DNA of 64,000 nucleotides, taken from contig JBHYGA010000001.1 of the NCBI GenBank assembly GCA_051859245.1, positions 1,629,722 through 1,693,721 on the forward strand. The letters run 5' to 3'. Numbering within the stretch: the stretch's first letter is position 1; every line of letters begins with the position of its first letter. This document shows positions 19,528 to 31,500 of the stretch, in pieces. The translations under genes were made by a program, and so were the position numbers. Below the pieces are notes generated by a model. The model worked only from the letters and a program-made list of their open reading frames with translations. It was not told where the DNA came from and ran no database searches. The DNA is from Gemmatimonadaceae bacterium (GTDB lineage Bacteria > Gemmatimonadota > Gemmatimonadetes > Gemmatimonadales > Gemmatimonadaceae).

Positions 19528-20526
19528 ATGCGTTTCATGATCATGTTCAGCACCACACTTGTGGTGGCCTTGCTCACGGCGGGTGCGACGTCGGTGCGCG
19601 CGGTGAATCGCCTGTGGTTGCGCTCGTGGATTGAACGCGACGATGAGGAAGATGCCGAGCCTGCGCAGCGTTTTGTCGAGCACCCCAAGCGCTTGTTGCT
19701 TAGCGCCGGTACCGGCGTTGCACTCGTTGTTTTTCTGGCCGGTGCAGGGATCGCGCTGGTGAACGTTGGGCAACCATGGGACCTGGCCCGAGATGGAGGG
19801 CTGCTTGCGCTCTTTGTGCTCACGTTTGGTCAGCTGCTGCCGCGCGCCATTGCGCGGCGCTGGGCACCGCGGCTTGTGCCGGTATTCGTGCCCATGTTGC
19901 GCGCGGTGGCCGCCGCGCTGACACCCGTGCGGCTGATCGCCAAACGCATTGCGCGCTTGATCGCGCGGCGCGTTGCGCCAAAAACAACGGCGCGTGTGGA
20001 GGCCAGCGATGCATCGCGCGAAGGATTGGAAGAACTGCTTCAGGACGGGACGCTCGAGGGGCTCGATGCGAGTGAAGAGATTGCGATCATTTCCGGTGTG
20101 GTGCAGCTGAGCGGCAAAACTGCGGCCGATGTGATGACACCGCGCGCCGACGTCTTCGCGCTCGATGAATCACTGCCGGTTGATGAAATGGCGCAGCGAA
20201 TCGCAGCCGCAGCGTTCAGTCGTGTGCCGGTGTATCGCGGCTCTCTCGATCATCCTGTTGGCATGCTTCACGCTTTCGACGTGTTCGTAGTGGCCGGTCA
20301 GGGACGGCCGGCGCTGCGACCGATCAGTGAGGCTACCGTGCAGAAGCCTGCGGGAGACCTGTTGTACGAAATGCTGCGCGCGCGCCGCCAGCTCGCAATT
20401 GTGCGCGCGCTCGACGGTACCGTTGCTGGCCTGATTACGCTTGAAGACTTGCTGGAGGAGTTGGTGGGAGAGATTCGGGACGAACATGACGAGCCCGCGA
20501 CGCGCGCCGCTGGAGATGCGCGATGA
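19528..20526 (+). CDS. Second CNNM/CBS-pair membrane protein lacking the C-terminal CorC_HlyC domain
   Basis: FGQLLPRAIA, VMTPRADV, FSRVPVY and LEDLLEELVGEIRDEHD motifs; start uncertain. Confidence 0.85.
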   Translation: MRFMIMFSTTLVVALLTAGATSVRAVNRLWLRSWIERDDEEDAEPAQRFVEHPKRLLLSAGTGVALVVFLAGAGIALVNVGQPWDLARDGGLLALFVLTFGQLLPRAIARRWAPRLVPVFVPMLRAVAAALTPVRLIAKRIARLIARRVAPKTTARVEASDASREGLEELLQDGTLEGLDASEEIAIISGVVQLSGKTAADVMTPRADVFALDESLPVDEMAQRIAAAAFSRVPVYRGSLDHPVGMLHAFDVFVVAGQGRPALRPISEATVQKPAGDLLYEMLRARRQLAIVRALDGTVAGLITLEDLLEELVGEIRDEHDEPATRAAGDAR

Positions 20527-21662
20527 GCGCCACGTCATACAGCACGGGACACGCCGCCATCGATCGACTCCTCGTTGATTTTGACGCGCGGAAACCTGCG
20601 GCGCTTGCTCGCGCGGTGTCGGTGGTAGAAAACCATCGCAAGGGATTCGATGCACTGGCGAGTGTGCTGCACCCACGCTTGGGGCACGCACGACGGATTG
20701 GTATTACCGGACCGCCCGGTGCGGGAAAAAGCACCATTACCACACAGCTCGTTCGCACGTGGCGCGAGCAGGGTCGCACGGTTGGTGTGATTGCCGTGGA
20801 TCCCACCTCGCCATTTACAGGCGGCGCGCTGTTGGGCGATCGCATCCGAATGGAGGAAGTGGCGCTCGATCCCGGCGTCTTCATTCGATCCATGGCCACG
20901 CGCGGATCACTGGGTGGGCTGGCCAGCGCCACACGTGATGTGTGTGATGTGCTCGATGCCTTCGGTCTCGACATCATTCTCATCGAGACGGTCGGCGTGG
21001 GGCAGAGCGAACTGGATGTCGCACGAACGGCTGACACCACGCTGGTCGTACTCGTGCCAGAGTCGGGTGACTCCATTCAGACGCTCAAGGCCGGCGTCAT
21101 GGAGATTGCCGACATCTTCACGGTGAATAAAGCCGATCGACCAGGTGCGGATCGGCTGCGCAACGACCTCGAGCTGATGCTCGGTCTACGTCCCGGCGCG
21201 GCTTCGTCGCACGGGGCGCCCGCCCATCACGGCATTGATCTTCGCGCGGTTGCTGATACGGAGCGTGAGGCCATGCGCGATGCGCTCAATCCCGCGCGCG
21301 CCGCACGAAAAGCGGCGCAAGACGACGACGCCGATCGCTGGACACCGCCCGTGCTGCGCACCATTGCCGCACAGAAGGAGGGCATCTCGGATCTGGTGGA
21401 AGCCATCGAGCGCCATCATGGCTATCTTGATCGGAGCGGCGAACTGCAGTCTCGGCGGCGGGAGCGTTTGCGGGAGCGCGTGCGCGAGGCCGTTGAGCTG
21501 AAAGCCCATCAACGGCTGTGGCAGGACGCGGCAACGGTGGCCTGGCTCGAGGCGCAGCTACCGGCGCTGGAATCTGGATCGGCGGCACCATTTTTCGTAG
21601 CCGACGCATTGCTCGCGCAGAGCGGAGCGCTACTCAGCGGGACCAACACCGGAGCATCGTGA
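20523..21662 (+). CDS. meaB: Mutase-associated GTPase chaperone MeaB/ArgK
   Basis: [39 protein letters not shown] and NKAD motifs. Confidence 0.94.
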   Translation: MSATSYSTGHAAIDRLLVDFDARKPAALARAVSVVENHRKGFDALASVLHPRLGHARRIGITGPPGAGKSTITTQLVRTWREQGRTVGVIAVDPTSPFTGGALLGDRIRMEEVALDPGVFIRSMATRGSLGGLASATRDVCDVLDAFGLDIILIETVGVGQSELDVARTADTTLVVLVPESGDSIQTLKAGVMEIADIFTVNKADRPGADRLRNDLELMLGLRPGAASSHGAPAHHGIDLRAVADTEREAMRDALNPARAARKAAQDDDADRWTPPVLRTIAAQKEGISDLVEAIERHHGYLDRSGELQSRRRERLRERVREAVELKAHQRLWQDAATVAWLEAQLPALESGSAAPFFVADALLAQSGALLSGTNTGAS

Positions 21663-23356
21663 TGACGACTATCCCCGAAATGGCTGACGTTGTGCGTCAG
21701 CAGCAGGAAGAGCTGGCACAGCTGCGTGCGGAAGTTGCCGCGTGGCGTGAACGTTATGACGCGTCGCGCGTCCGCGCGGTGGCATACACCAACTCGGCCA
21801 GTGAGGTTGAGCCGTTGTACACGGCGCTCGATCTTGAAGGCTCTGCGGGCACTGCGTTCGAAGCGCCGGGTTCGTTTCCGTTTACGCGTGGCATTCACGC
21901 CACCGGCTATCGCGGCAAGCTGTGGACGATGCGTCAGTTTGCTGGCTTCGGTACCGCACGAGAGACCAACGAGCGTTTCAAGTTCCTGCTCGCACAAGGC
22001 CAGACGGGCCTGTCGGTCGCGTTCGATTTTCCCACGTTGATGGGATACGACGCGGATCACGTGCGCAGCGAAGGCGAAGTCGGCAAGTGCGGTGTGTCGA
22101 TCTCGTCGCTCGCCGACATGGAAACACTGTTCGAGGGCATTCCGCTCGATCAGGTCACCACGTCCATGACCATCAACGGCCCGGCCATCATCTTGTTCTG
22201 CTTCTATGTGGCGGCCGCCGAGAAGCAGGGCATTCCGATTGATAAAGTTGCCGGCACGGTGCAGAACGACATTCTGAAAGAGTACATGGCGCAGCATGCC
22301 TGGTGCTTTCCGATTGAACCGGCGCTGCGTCTCGTGGTCGACATGTTCGAGTGGTGTTCAACCAATACGCCGTCGTGGAATACCATTTCCATTTCCGGCT
22401 ATCACATTCGCGAAGCCGGCTCCACCGCCGCGCAGGAACTCGCGTTTACCCTGGCCGACGGCTTCACGTACGTAGAGCGCGGTATCGCGCGTGGCCTCGA
22501 CGTCGACGAGTTCGCACCGCGGTTGTCGTTCTTCTGGGACATTCACAACGATTTCTTTGAAGAGATCGCCAAGTTGCGCGCTGCCCGTCGTATCTGGGCG
22601 CGACATATGCGTGATCGCTACGGTGCCAAAAATCCGCGCTCGTGGGTGATGCGCTTTCATTCGCAAACCGCGGGCGTCACACTCACGGCGCAGCAGCCCA
22701 TGAACAACGTGGTGCGCGTGGCCTATCAGGGATTGGCCGCCGTGCTCGGTGGTACGCAGTCGCTGCACACGAACAGCATGGACGAAACGCTGTCGTTGCC
22801 CACCGAAGAGGCGGTGCAAGTTGCGTTGCGTACGCAGCAGGTGCTCGCGTACGAAACGGGTGTACCGAACGTCGCCGATCCGCTCGGTGGTTCGTACTAC
22901 GTAGAAGCACTTACGGACAAACTTGAAGCCGAAGCCGAAGCGCTATTTGCGCAGATCGACGAAATCGGTGGTGTGGTGCGTGGTTTGGAAGACGGCTGGT
23001 TCCAGAAGCGCATTGCCGAAGCGGCGGCGCGTCAGCAGTGGGAAATCGAGCAGCGTCGCAAGCTGGTGGTTGGTGTCAATGAGTTCGTCACCGATGAACC
23101 CGAGCTTTCCATTCCGCTGCTGAAGGTTGGCGCTGAAGCAGAGGCGGAGCAGCGCGAAAGCATGGCGAAGTTGCGCGCGTCTCGTGATCAGGCGCTGGTC
23201 ACCGCGCGGCTTGACGCACTACGCAACGCAGCGCGCGGCAGTGACAATGTGGTTCCGTACATTCTCGATTGTGCACGGGCGTATTGCACGCTGTACGAAA
23301 TCCGCGCCGCGCTCGAAGATGTGTTTGGTGCGTACCGCGAACCGGTGTTCTTCTGA
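21662..23356 (+). CDS. B12-dependent acyl-CoA mutase large subunit (isobutyryl-CoA mutase-like)
   Basis: [31 protein letters not shown] and GGTQSLHTN motifs; no fused B12-binding domain. Confidence 0.93.
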   Translation: MTTIPEMADVVRQQQEELAQLRAEVAAWRERYDASRVRAVAYTNSASEVEPLYTALDLEGSAGTAFEAPGSFPFTRGIHATGYRGKLWTMRQFAGFGTARETNERFKFLLAQGQTGLSVAFDFPTLMGYDADHVRSEGEVGKCGVSISSLADMETLFEGIPLDQVTTSMTINGPAIILFCFYVAAAEKQGIPIDKVAGTVQNDILKEYMAQHAWCFPIEPALRLVVDMFEWCSTNTPSWNTISISGYHIREAGSTAAQELAFTLADGFTYVERGIARGLDVDEFAPRLSFFWDIHNDFFEEIAKLRAARRIWARHMRDRYGAKNPRSWVMRFHSQTAGVTLTAQQPMNNVVRVAYQGLAAVLGGTQSLHTNSMDETLSLPTEEAVQVALRTQQVLAYETGVPNVADPLGGSYYVEALTDKLEAEAEALFAQIDEIGGVVRGLEDGWFQKRIAEAAARQQWEIEQRRKLVVGVNEFVTDEPELSIPLLKVGAEAEAEQRESMAKLRASRDQALVTARLDALRNAARGSDNVVPYILDCARAYCTLYEIRAALEDVFGAYREPVFF

Positions 23357-24120
23357 GTCCGGCCAGAAAGGTCGCCGCGCCGTGGTGGACCACACATTTC
23401 GATAGCCAGTACCTCCACGAGTACGAACCGCTCTTTACCGCGACTCGTGATCGCGAAGAGGTGGCCAGGCTCGTTGAGATCATTGGTGAGTTACCGAGTG
23501 GAGCGCGCATCCTCGACTGCCCGTGCGGTCAGGGGCGTCACGCGCATCTGCTGGCCGAAAACGGGTTCAACGTGGACGGATTGGACTATTCGCGCACGTT
23601 GCTCGACGCCGCAATCGAACGCGGCACCGGTCCGCTCCTGCGCTACACGCAAGGCGATATGCGCAAGTTGCCGGCGAAGTGGACCGGTCGATTCGACGCC
23701 GTCGTGAATCTCTTCACATCATTCGGGTTCTTCGACGACCCGGCGGATGATCGCCGCGTCCTGGCGGAGTTTGCGCGTGTGCTCAAACCAGGTGGTCTGA
23801 TGGTCTGGCACGGTGGCAGTCGCGACGGCGTGATGGCCAAGTTCCTCGGCCGCGACTGGTGGTCCACCGCCGACGGCACAGTTTTTGGCCAGGAACGCCG
23901 GTTCGACCCCCTGAGCGGCTTTCTGTACGTCAGCTCGACCTGGCGCGGACCCGGCGGTGAAGGGGAACGCGAGCACAAAATCCGTCTCTACAGCGCGTCA
24001 CACCTGAGCGAGCGCCTGGCCGAGGCTGGTCTTGTGGTGGAGGCGGCCTACGACGGCTGGACCAACCGTCCGCTTCATCGGCGCGCTGGCGAGATGCTGC
24101 TGGTGGCCCGCAAAGACTGA
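23353..24120 (+). CDS. Class I SAM-dependent methyltransferase
   Basis: [15 protein letters not shown] and [14 protein letters not shown] motifs; start codon uncertain. Confidence 0.88.
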   Translation: MSPARKVAAPWWTTHFDSQYLHEYEPLFTATRDREEVARLVEIIGELPSGARILDCPCGQGRHAHLLAENGFNVDGLDYSRTLLDAAIERGTGPLLRYTQGDMRKLPAKWTGRFDAVVNLFTSFGFFDDPADDRRVLAEFARVLKPGGLMVWHGGSRDGVMAKFLGRDWWSTADGTVFGQERRFDPLSGFLYVSSTWRGPGGEGEREHKIRLYSASHLSERLAEAGLVVEAAYDGWTNRPLHRRAGEMLLVARKD

Positions 24121-24176
24121 CGCGTGCCCGCGGTGGCACGTTGCCGCACGCCGTAGCGACACCCTAACTTTCACGC

Positions 24177-24590
24177 ATGTCCCGTCCTATTCGAGTTCTC
24201 GTCGCGAAACCTGGCCTCGATGGCCACGATCGCGGTGCAAAAGTTGTTGCCGCCGCACTGCGCGATGCCGGCATGGAAGTGATTTATACCGGGCTGCACC
24301 AAACGCCCGAAATGATTGCCTCGGCCGCAGTGCAGGAAGACGTTGACGTGGTCGGTCTGTCGATCCTCTCTGGCGCGCATATGACGCTCTTTCCGCGCGT
24401 GCACGACCTGCTCGTGGAAGCCGGACGTGATGATATTCTGATCACGGGCGGCGGCATCATTCCCAAGGAAGACATGGCCACGCTCGAAGCACGCGGCATT
24501 GGCCGCTTGTTTGGCCCTGGCACCAGCACACAAGATCTCGTGGAGTTCATTCGCGAATGGTTCGCGGCTCACAAGGCGCAGGAGGCGTGA
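24177..24590 (+). CDS. Acyl-CoA mutase small, cobalamin-binding subunit (IcmB/McmB-like)
   Basis: [12 protein letters not shown] (DxHxxG), [10 protein letters not shown] and GGGII motifs. Confidence 0.95.
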   Translation: MSRPIRVLVAKPGLDGHDRGAKVVAAALRDAGMEVIYTGLHQTPEMIASAAVQEDVDVVGLSILSGAHMTLFPRVHDLLVEAGRDDILITGGGIIPKEDMATLEARGIGRLFGPGTSTQDLVEFIREWFAAHKAQEA

Positions 24591-26203
24591 GTACACGACT
24601 TCGCACGCTCGCCGCGGAAGTCCGTGAGCTCGAAGCGACACTCCGTCTTGGTGGCGGTGCCGAACGCATCGCGAAACAACACGACCAGGGCAAACTCACC
24701 GCGCGCGAGCGCGTCACGGGATTGCTCGACGAGAACGCACCGTTTCTCGAGATCGGTTTGCTCGTCGCGCACGATCGATACGACGGTCAGGCGCCGGCCG
24801 CCGGTGTGATCACCGGTCTTGGTCAGGTGCACGGACGCGAGGTTGTGGTGGTCGCCAACGACGCAACCGTCAAAGCCGGATCGTGGTGGCCAGAAACCAT
24901 TACCAAGATTCTGCGCGCGCAAGAAGTGGCGATGCGCTGTCGCGTGCCGATTGTGTATCTCGTGGATTCGGCTGGTGTGAATCTGCCGTATCAGGGCGGC
25001 GTGTTTCCCGGACAGTACGGGGCGGCGCGCATTTTTTATTACAACTCGATCATGCGTCGGTATCTGCGTATTCCGCAGTTCTCCGCCGTGATGGGACAGT
25101 GTGTTGCCGGCGGTGCGTATTTGCCAGCGCTCAGCGATGTGATCCTGATGGTGAAAGGCACATCGTTCATGGGGCTTGGCGGGCCGAATCTGGTGAAGGG
25201 TGCAACCGGACAAACCGTTGACGGCGAGACGCTTGGTGGTGCTCTCACGCACACCGAAGTGAGTGGCGTGGCGCACTACGCAGTAGACGACGATCACGCG
25301 TGCCTGGCGAAGTTGCGTGAACTCATCTCGCGACTGCCGGCACCACCGCATCGTCCCGCCGTTGCCAAACACGATGCGCCGGCCAAAGATCCGTCATCGT
25401 TGTACGACATGCTGCCGAGTGATCACCGCATGTCCTACGACATGCATGATCTGCTTGGCGCCGTGCTCGACAACGGAAAGATCGACGAGTTTCAGCCGAA
25501 CCTCGCCAAGGAAATGATCTGCGGCGACGCGATGATTGAAGGCATTCCGGTTGGCGTCATCGCGAATCAGCGTGGCTTGATCAAAGGGCGGCCGGGTGAA
25601 CGTCCGCGTTTTGGTGGCATCATTTACGCCGAAAGTGCAGAGAAGGTGGCGTATTTTATTGATCGCTGCGACCGTCAGGGACTGCCGATTGTTTTTGTAC
25701 AGGACGTGAGCGGCTTCATGGTGGGGCCCGACGCGGAGCACGAAGGAATTATTCGTGCCGGGGCCCGTTTTGTTGAAGCCATGGCGTGCGCGCGCGTGCC
25801 CAAGATTGTACTCACCGTCAATCACGCCAGCGGTGCGGGCTACTACGCCATGGCGGGGCAGGGGTTCGATCCCGATTTCATTCTGTCATGGCCAACAGGA
25901 CGCATGGCGGTCATGGAAGGTGAAGCGGCGGTGACGGCAGTGCATGGGCCCACCTTTGAGAAAGCCAAGAAGGCGGGTGTGCAACCCTCGCCCGCCGTGC
26001 TGGCGTCAGCCGATGAAATGCGGGCTGATTACGAAGAACAGCTGGATGCGCGCTACGCCGGTGCACGCGGGTTCATTGACGCTATTGTGTATCCAGAGGA
26101 CACACGCGATCTGCTCGCGCTTGCATTGCGCGCCGCGCTGCACAATCCAGGACCGCACCTTGGTGCATTCGTGTTGCCGCCAATGCCGATGTCCGGCGCG
26201 TAA
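24587..26203 (+). CDS. Acyl-CoA carboxylase carboxyltransferase subunit (MccB/AtuC-like)
   Basis: [24 protein letters not shown] and QDVSGFMVG motifs. Confidence 0.92.
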   Translation: MSTRLRTLAAEVRELEATLRLGGGAERIAKQHDQGKLTARERVTGLLDENAPFLEIGLLVAHDRYDGQAPAAGVITGLGQVHGREVVVVANDATVKAGSWWPETITKILRAQEVAMRCRVPIVYLVDSAGVNLPYQGGVFPGQYGAARIFYYNSIMRRYLRIPQFSAVMGQCVAGGAYLPALSDVILMVKGTSFMGLGGPNLVKGATGQTVDGETLGGALTHTEVSGVAHYAVDDDHACLAKLRELISRLPAPPHRPAVAKHDAPAKDPSSLYDMLPSDHRMSYDMHDLLGAVLDNGKIDEFQPNLAKEMICGDAMIEGIPVGVIANQRGLIKGRPGERPRFGGIIYAESAEKVAYFIDRCDRQGLPIVFVQDVSGFMVGPDAEHEGIIRAGARFVEAMACARVPKIVLTVNHASGAGYYAMAGQGFDPDFILSWPTGRMAVMEGEAAVTAVHGPTFEKAKKAGVQPSPAVLASADEMRADYEEQLDARYAGARGFIDAIVYPEDTRDLLALALRAALHNPGPHLGAFVLPPMPMSGA

Positions 26204-26230
26204 TGGCACACACACTTAAGTCGATCTGTC

Positions 26231-27610
26231 ATGTCTGATTCAAACACGCAGGATCGCGTAGTTCGCGTTGCCAGTGGCCAGGGCTTTTGGGGCGATTGGC
26301 TCGAGGCGCCGCGTCGTCAGGTTGAAGGTGGTCAGGTGGACTACCTCATGCTTGACTATCTGGCCGAAGTCACCATGTCGATCGTGCAAAAGCAGAAAGA
26401 GCGCGATCCGAACATGGGCTACGCACGCGACTTTATTGGCGCGATGGAAAGTGTATTCCCGGCCGTTGCAGATCGCGGCGTAAAAGTTATCGCGAACGCC
26501 GGTGGTGTGAATCCGGTGGCCTGCGCACACGCGGTGCTGGCCGCTGCCGACAAGGCGGGCGTGCGCGGCAAGCTCAAACTTGGTGTCGTCACGGGCGATG
26601 ATCTGTTGCCGCGTCTCGACGAGTTGCTCGCCGCAGGGCATGAGCTCAAGCACATGGAGTCGGGCGAACCGTTGTCAACGGTGCGAGATCGTGTGCTGAG
26701 CGCCAACGCGTACATCGGTTCCACGCCGATCGTCGAAGCGTTGGCGCGTGGTGCAAACGTGGTCATCACAGGTCGCAGCACCGATACGGCGCTCACCATG
26801 GCGCCGCTGCGCCACGAGTTTGGGTGGGCCGCCGACGACTGGGACAAGATGGCGTCAGGCATTGTGGCCGGACACATTCTCGAATGCGGTGCGCAAGCCT
26901 CGGGCGGAAACTGTTTGCACGACTGGCGCAACATTCCTGACCTCGCGAATGTCGGCTACCCAATTGCCGAAGCGCACGCGGATGGAACGTTCGTGATCAC
27001 CAAACATCCGGGCACCGGCGGTCGCGTCAGCGTGCCGAGCGTCACGGAACAGCTCGTGTATGAAATGGGCGATCCGCATAGCTACATCACGCCCGATGTC
27101 GTGGCGGATTTCACCAGCATTCAGTTGGAAGACGCGGGTGAGAATCGTGTGCGCGTGCACGGCATTACCGGCGGACCGGCCACGCCGTTTTTGAAAGTCT
27201 CTATCGCATATCGCGCGGGCTATAAGGCAGTGGGTACACTCGTGTATGCCTGGCCCGATGCGCTCGAAAAAGCGCAGCTGGCCGATCGTGTGTTGCGCGA
27301 GCGTCTGCAGAACCTTGGCCTTTCGTTCGACCACATCCTGACCGAGTTTGTTGGTGTGTCGGCCACGCACGGCGCACTCGCGGGGACACCCGGCGATGTA
27401 CCGGAAGTGCAGTTGCGCATTGGTGTACGCGGACCGGATCGCGCGGCGGTGGAACGCTTCACGCGCGAACTCGCGCCGCTCGTGTTGAATGGCCCGCCAA
27501 GCGTGACGGGTTTCGCGGGTGGTCGCCCGAAGGTGGAAGAGATTGTGGCTTACTGGCCGGCGCTGATCGACAAGCGCGCGGTCTCCACGCACGTTGACAT
27601 TCTGGAGTAA
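26231..27610 (+). CDS. AtuA-like (DUF1446) protein
   Basis: [47 protein letters not shown] and YITPDV motifs. Confidence 0.9.
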   Translation: MSDSNTQDRVVRVASGQGFWGDWLEAPRRQVEGGQVDYLMLDYLAEVTMSIVQKQKERDPNMGYARDFIGAMESVFPAVADRGVKVIANAGGVNPVACAHAVLAAADKAGVRGKLKLGVVTGDDLLPRLDELLAAGHELKHMESGEPLSTVRDRVLSANAYIGSTPIVEALARGANVVITGRSTDTALTMAPLRHEFGWAADDWDKMASGIVAGHILECGAQASGGNCLHDWRNIPDLANVGYPIAEAHADGTFVITKHPGTGGRVSVPSVTEQLVYEMGDPHSYITPDVVADFTSIQLEDAGENRVRVHGITGGPATPFLKVSIAYRAGYKAVGTLVYAWPDALEKAQLADRVLRERLQNLGLSFDHILTEFVGVSATHGALAGTPGDVPEVQLRIGVRGPDRAAVERFTRELAPLVLNGPPSVTGFAGGRPKVEEIVAYWPALIDKRAVSTHVDILE

Positions 27611-27616
27611 GAGCGC

Positions 27617-27970
27617 ATGCACGTACGATTGCTGGACATCGCGCACGCGCGCAGTGGTGACAAGGGCGACACGGCGAATGTGGGCGTGATTGCCCTCAAG
27701 CGAGAGTGGTATCCCATTCTTGAGCAGTATCTCACGGCTGAGCTCGTTGCCAGGCATTACGGAAAGCAGCTGACCGGACGTGTCGAGCGTTTTGAGCTGC
27801 CCAACCTTGGTGCCGTGAACTTTCTGTTGCATGGTGCACTCGACGGCGGCGGTACGCTGTCGCTGCAAACGGATGCACAGGGGAAGGTGTACTCCACGTC
27901 GGTGCTGCGACTGGTGCTCAACGTGCCCGACGATGTGGCAACGAAGGCCGGCTTGCCGTCCGCGCCGTAA
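27617..27970 (+). CDS. Small protein resembling the AtuA C-terminal domain
   Basis: AHARSGDKGDTANVGVIA and LDGGGTLSLQTDAQGK motifs. Confidence 0.85.
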   Translation: MHVRLLDIAHARSGDKGDTANVGVIALKREWYPILEQYLTAELVARHYGKQLTGRVERFELPNLGAVNFLLHGALDGGGTLSLQTDAQGKVYSTSVLRLVLNVPDDVATKAGLPSAP

Positions 27971-28000
27971 GCAGCGCGTGTCCCTGAACAAAGTCTACGA

Positions 28001-28210
28001 ATGACACCCATCACGCGCGCCAAACTCACGCTGACGCTCAGTGCGTTGGTGTTTTTTGCCGCCGGCATGCGCAGCGGTTTGGAGTGGCAGCGCTGGGTGG
28101 GCATCGCGCTGCTGTGCGGCGCGGTGGCGTTGCGCTTCGTCAAGCAGGACCGCCCCGCACGCGGGGCGTCATCCGATACAGACGAAACGCCAGACAACGA
28201 CGCGAGATAG
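28001..28210 (+). CDS. Small two-TM hypothetical membrane protein
   Basis: Two hydrophobic segments and an acidic tail; co-directional with the operon. Confidence 0.55.
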   Translation: MTPITRAKLTLTLSALVFFAAGMRSGLEWQRWVGIALLCGAVALRFVKQDRPARGASSDTDETPDNDAR

Positions 28211-28339
28211 TCTCACTTCTGAGGCTTGGTACCGCGTCTATCCGACGATCTCGCTCGGAAATGTATTGTCGTGGGACGGTGTGTTGACGTGATGTTGCGG
28301 GTAGTCACAGACATTCACGGTTTGTCACCGTTTTTTCGA

Positions 28340-28368
28340 TTGACAGTGCCAGTACGCACACCTATCGT
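28340..28368 (+). promoter_or_regulatory. Predicted sigma70 promoter of the susC-like operon
   Basis: TTGACA (28340-28345), 17 bp spacer, TATCGT (28363-28368). Confidence 0.7.
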
Positions 28369-28578
28369 GAGCCTACTTCGCTGCGCCGGTTCCCCCTCTG
28401 AATCGTGGCCTGATCCTACCGCCACGCTTCACTGACGGTGTCGCAGCGACCGCCTGTCGTCGTTCACTCCCACCTTTCCCTCCGCCGACGTCGGCACGGC
28501 GCTCCTTCCTGCGGCAACCCAGCAGTCACAGCGAGTCTTGGCTCCCAGCTCGCTGCCTACCACAACCCGGTACAGTGC

Positions 28579-31500
28579 ATGATGAAAACACGAGTACTCG
28601 CGGCTTTGTTTGGCCTCCTTCTCGGCGCGGCACCTGCCAGCGCGCAAGAGAAAGTGGTCACCGGCAAAGTCACGCGAGACGGCAGCGTTCCACTTTCGGG
28701 CGTCTCCGTAGTGATCAAAGGGACGAGTTTTCTAACGCAATCCAATAACGCAGGCGACTATTCCATTCGTGTTTCGCCTGGTCAGGTGCTGCAGTACCGT
28801 TTGATCGGCTACGCGCCGGTAGAACGGACGGTCGGCGCTGATAACGTGATCAATGTGCAGATCGAGCGTTCGGCAACCAACCTCAACGAGGTGGTGGTCA
28901 CGGCGCTTGGACAGACGGCGGTGCAGCGAAGCATCGGAACCGCACAGCAGACCGTGTTGGGCGCCGACATTGCCGCCACCGGCCGCGAAAACTTCATCAA
29001 CGGCTTGCAGGGACGCGTGGCTGGTGTCGAAGTGACCAGCTCCTCCGGCGTACCGGGCGCCTCCGCCTCCATCACCATTCGTGGTGTGAGCTCCATCAGC
29101 AGCAGCAACCAGCCGCTCTTCGTGATCGACGGCTTGCCGATGGACAACAAGACGCTGAACACCAATGTGCTCGCGTCAGACGCACCGGGTTCGGCCACGG
29201 CGTTCAACAATCGCGGCCTCGACTTCACGAACCGTGCGGCCGACATCAATCCGGAAGACATCGAGTCGATGGTCATCCTCAAGGGCCCGGAAGCGTCGGC
29301 GCTCTACGGCATTGATGCAGCCAACGGCGCGGTTGTGATCACGACCAAGCGCGGCAAGGCGGGCACCGGGGGGCTGGAGTACAGCAACGACTTCCGCATT
29401 GACAACACCCGCGCGCAGCCTGTGCTGCAGCGAACATACGGTCCGTCCAACACGTCGGGCGAGTTCCTCACCGGCTTCAACTACTTCGGCGCGCCGTACG
29501 CGGATACCACGCGATTCTACAACAATATCGATGGTTTCTTCCGCACCGGTTTCATGCAGACGCACAACCTCGCGTTCAGTGGCGCGTCTGGTGACAACCG
29601 CATCAACTATCGCATCTCAGCGGCCACCACACGGCAGGAAGGTGTCGTGCCAGGTGGCGTCTACAACCGAGTCACGCTCACCGGTGCCACAGGCGCACAG
29701 GTCACGAACTGGTTGCGATCGGACGTCACGATCAACTACTCCCAGGCCGGCAACGATCAGGCCTACAAGGGCGCGAACGGTCCGCTGATTGGCTTACTAT
29801 TGTGGCCGCAAACAGACGATGCAGCGGACTACCTCACGCCCGCCGGCTCGCGCCGTCGCATTACGACACTCGCGGCCAACAACGAAACGGACAATCCGTA
29901 CTTCAACGTCGACAAGAATCGGATTAACTCCAACAACAACCGCATCATTGCGAATGTCGGATTGATCACCACGCCGTTTGCGTGGGGTAACTTCCGCACG
30001 AACATCGGTGTCGACGCTTACACCAATGAGAACCTCGTTCTCCGGCACCCGGAGAGCGTGTACGGCGCGCTCAATCGCGGCATTCTCGACGTCGCCAACG
30101 ATGTCACGCGCAATATCAATTTGCAGAACATCTTCAACGTCAACGCCATCAACCTGACCGACAAGTTCTCGATCTCAGGCTTTGTTGGTCACTCGCTGAA
30201 TGACTCGAAGTCGCAGACGAACGCCTTGGCCGGACAGGATTTCCTGGATCCGAACTTCGTGTCGATCAACAACACGAACGTTCGTCAGAATCGTACGATT
30301 CTGTCGCAGCGTCGCCTCCTGAGCGCGTTCGGTCAGGCAACCGCGAACTACAACGACTATTTGTTCCTCACCGTGACCGGCCGTAACGACTGGACGTCCA
30401 CGATTCCGATTGAACGCAACTCGTTCTTCTATCCTTCAATCAACGGCGCGTTCATCTTTTCAGACGCCATTCCGTCCATCGGCAAGTTCATGACCGGCAA
30501 GCTGCGCGGCGGCTACGCTGAGGTCGGACGCGATGCGCGCCCGTACGCCTTTCGCCCGTCACTTGAGTTCAAGACGACGTCATTCGGCGGCTACGGGTAC
30601 GGCTTCACCGGACCCAACCGGAACCTGAAGCCCGAGTTTACACGCTCCTACGAAATCGGAACGGAACTCGGCTTCTTCAATGACCGGCTCGGTGTCGACT
30701 TCACCACGTATCGCAAGCAGACCAAAGACCAGATCGTGAATGACATCCGCGGCAGCTATGCGACCGGATTCATTCTGTTCAACCTGAACGGCGCGGTCAC
30801 GCGCAACGAGGGTATTGAAGTGACGGTGCGCGGTACGCCAGTGCTGAAGCGCGACTTCTCCTGGGATATCGTCACGAACTTTGAAAGCGCGCGTGGTCGT
30901 GTGCTCGCACTCCCGAACGAGCTGCCTGAATCGTACGTCTCGGACACCTGGCTCTATGGCAACGTGCGAAATGGCACCGCGCCGAACCTCTCCACGCGCT
31001 CACTGACCGGCTGGTTCTACCTCCGCGATACAGTCCGTGGTGAAGTCCTCATCGATCCAGCGAGTGGCTTGCCGCTTCGTTCGAATGTCTTCACCGACGC
31101 TGGCTACGATCGTCAGCCGGACTTCACGATCGGTCTTGAAAACACGCTTCGCTATAAGCGGTTCTCGCTCAAGTTCCTGTTTGACATTCGACGGGGCGGC
31201 GACGTGCTCAACGCTACCGAGCACTTCCTGACAACTCGCGGACTCAGCGAGCGCACACTTGATCGTGACCAGCCACGCGTGATCGAGGGCGTGCTGCGTG
31301 ACGGCAAGGAGAACACCGACAACCCGACCCGCAATACCATCGTGGTGATTCCGTCGGTACAGAACGGCTACTACACCGGTATCAGCGAAGAACTGTTTAT
31401 CGAACAGGACATCAACTGGATTCGCCTGCGTGACGTCACGCTGCGCATGGCGCTACCCGGCAAGTATTTCATGGCGCGCGATGCCAGCATGTTCCTGCGC

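Noticed and set aside
20400..21662. Cobalamin riboswitch for the B12 mutase cluster or the TonB receptors
   Set aside because: The mutase genes overlap with no leader space, and no B12-box-like sequence was recognised in the receptor leaders
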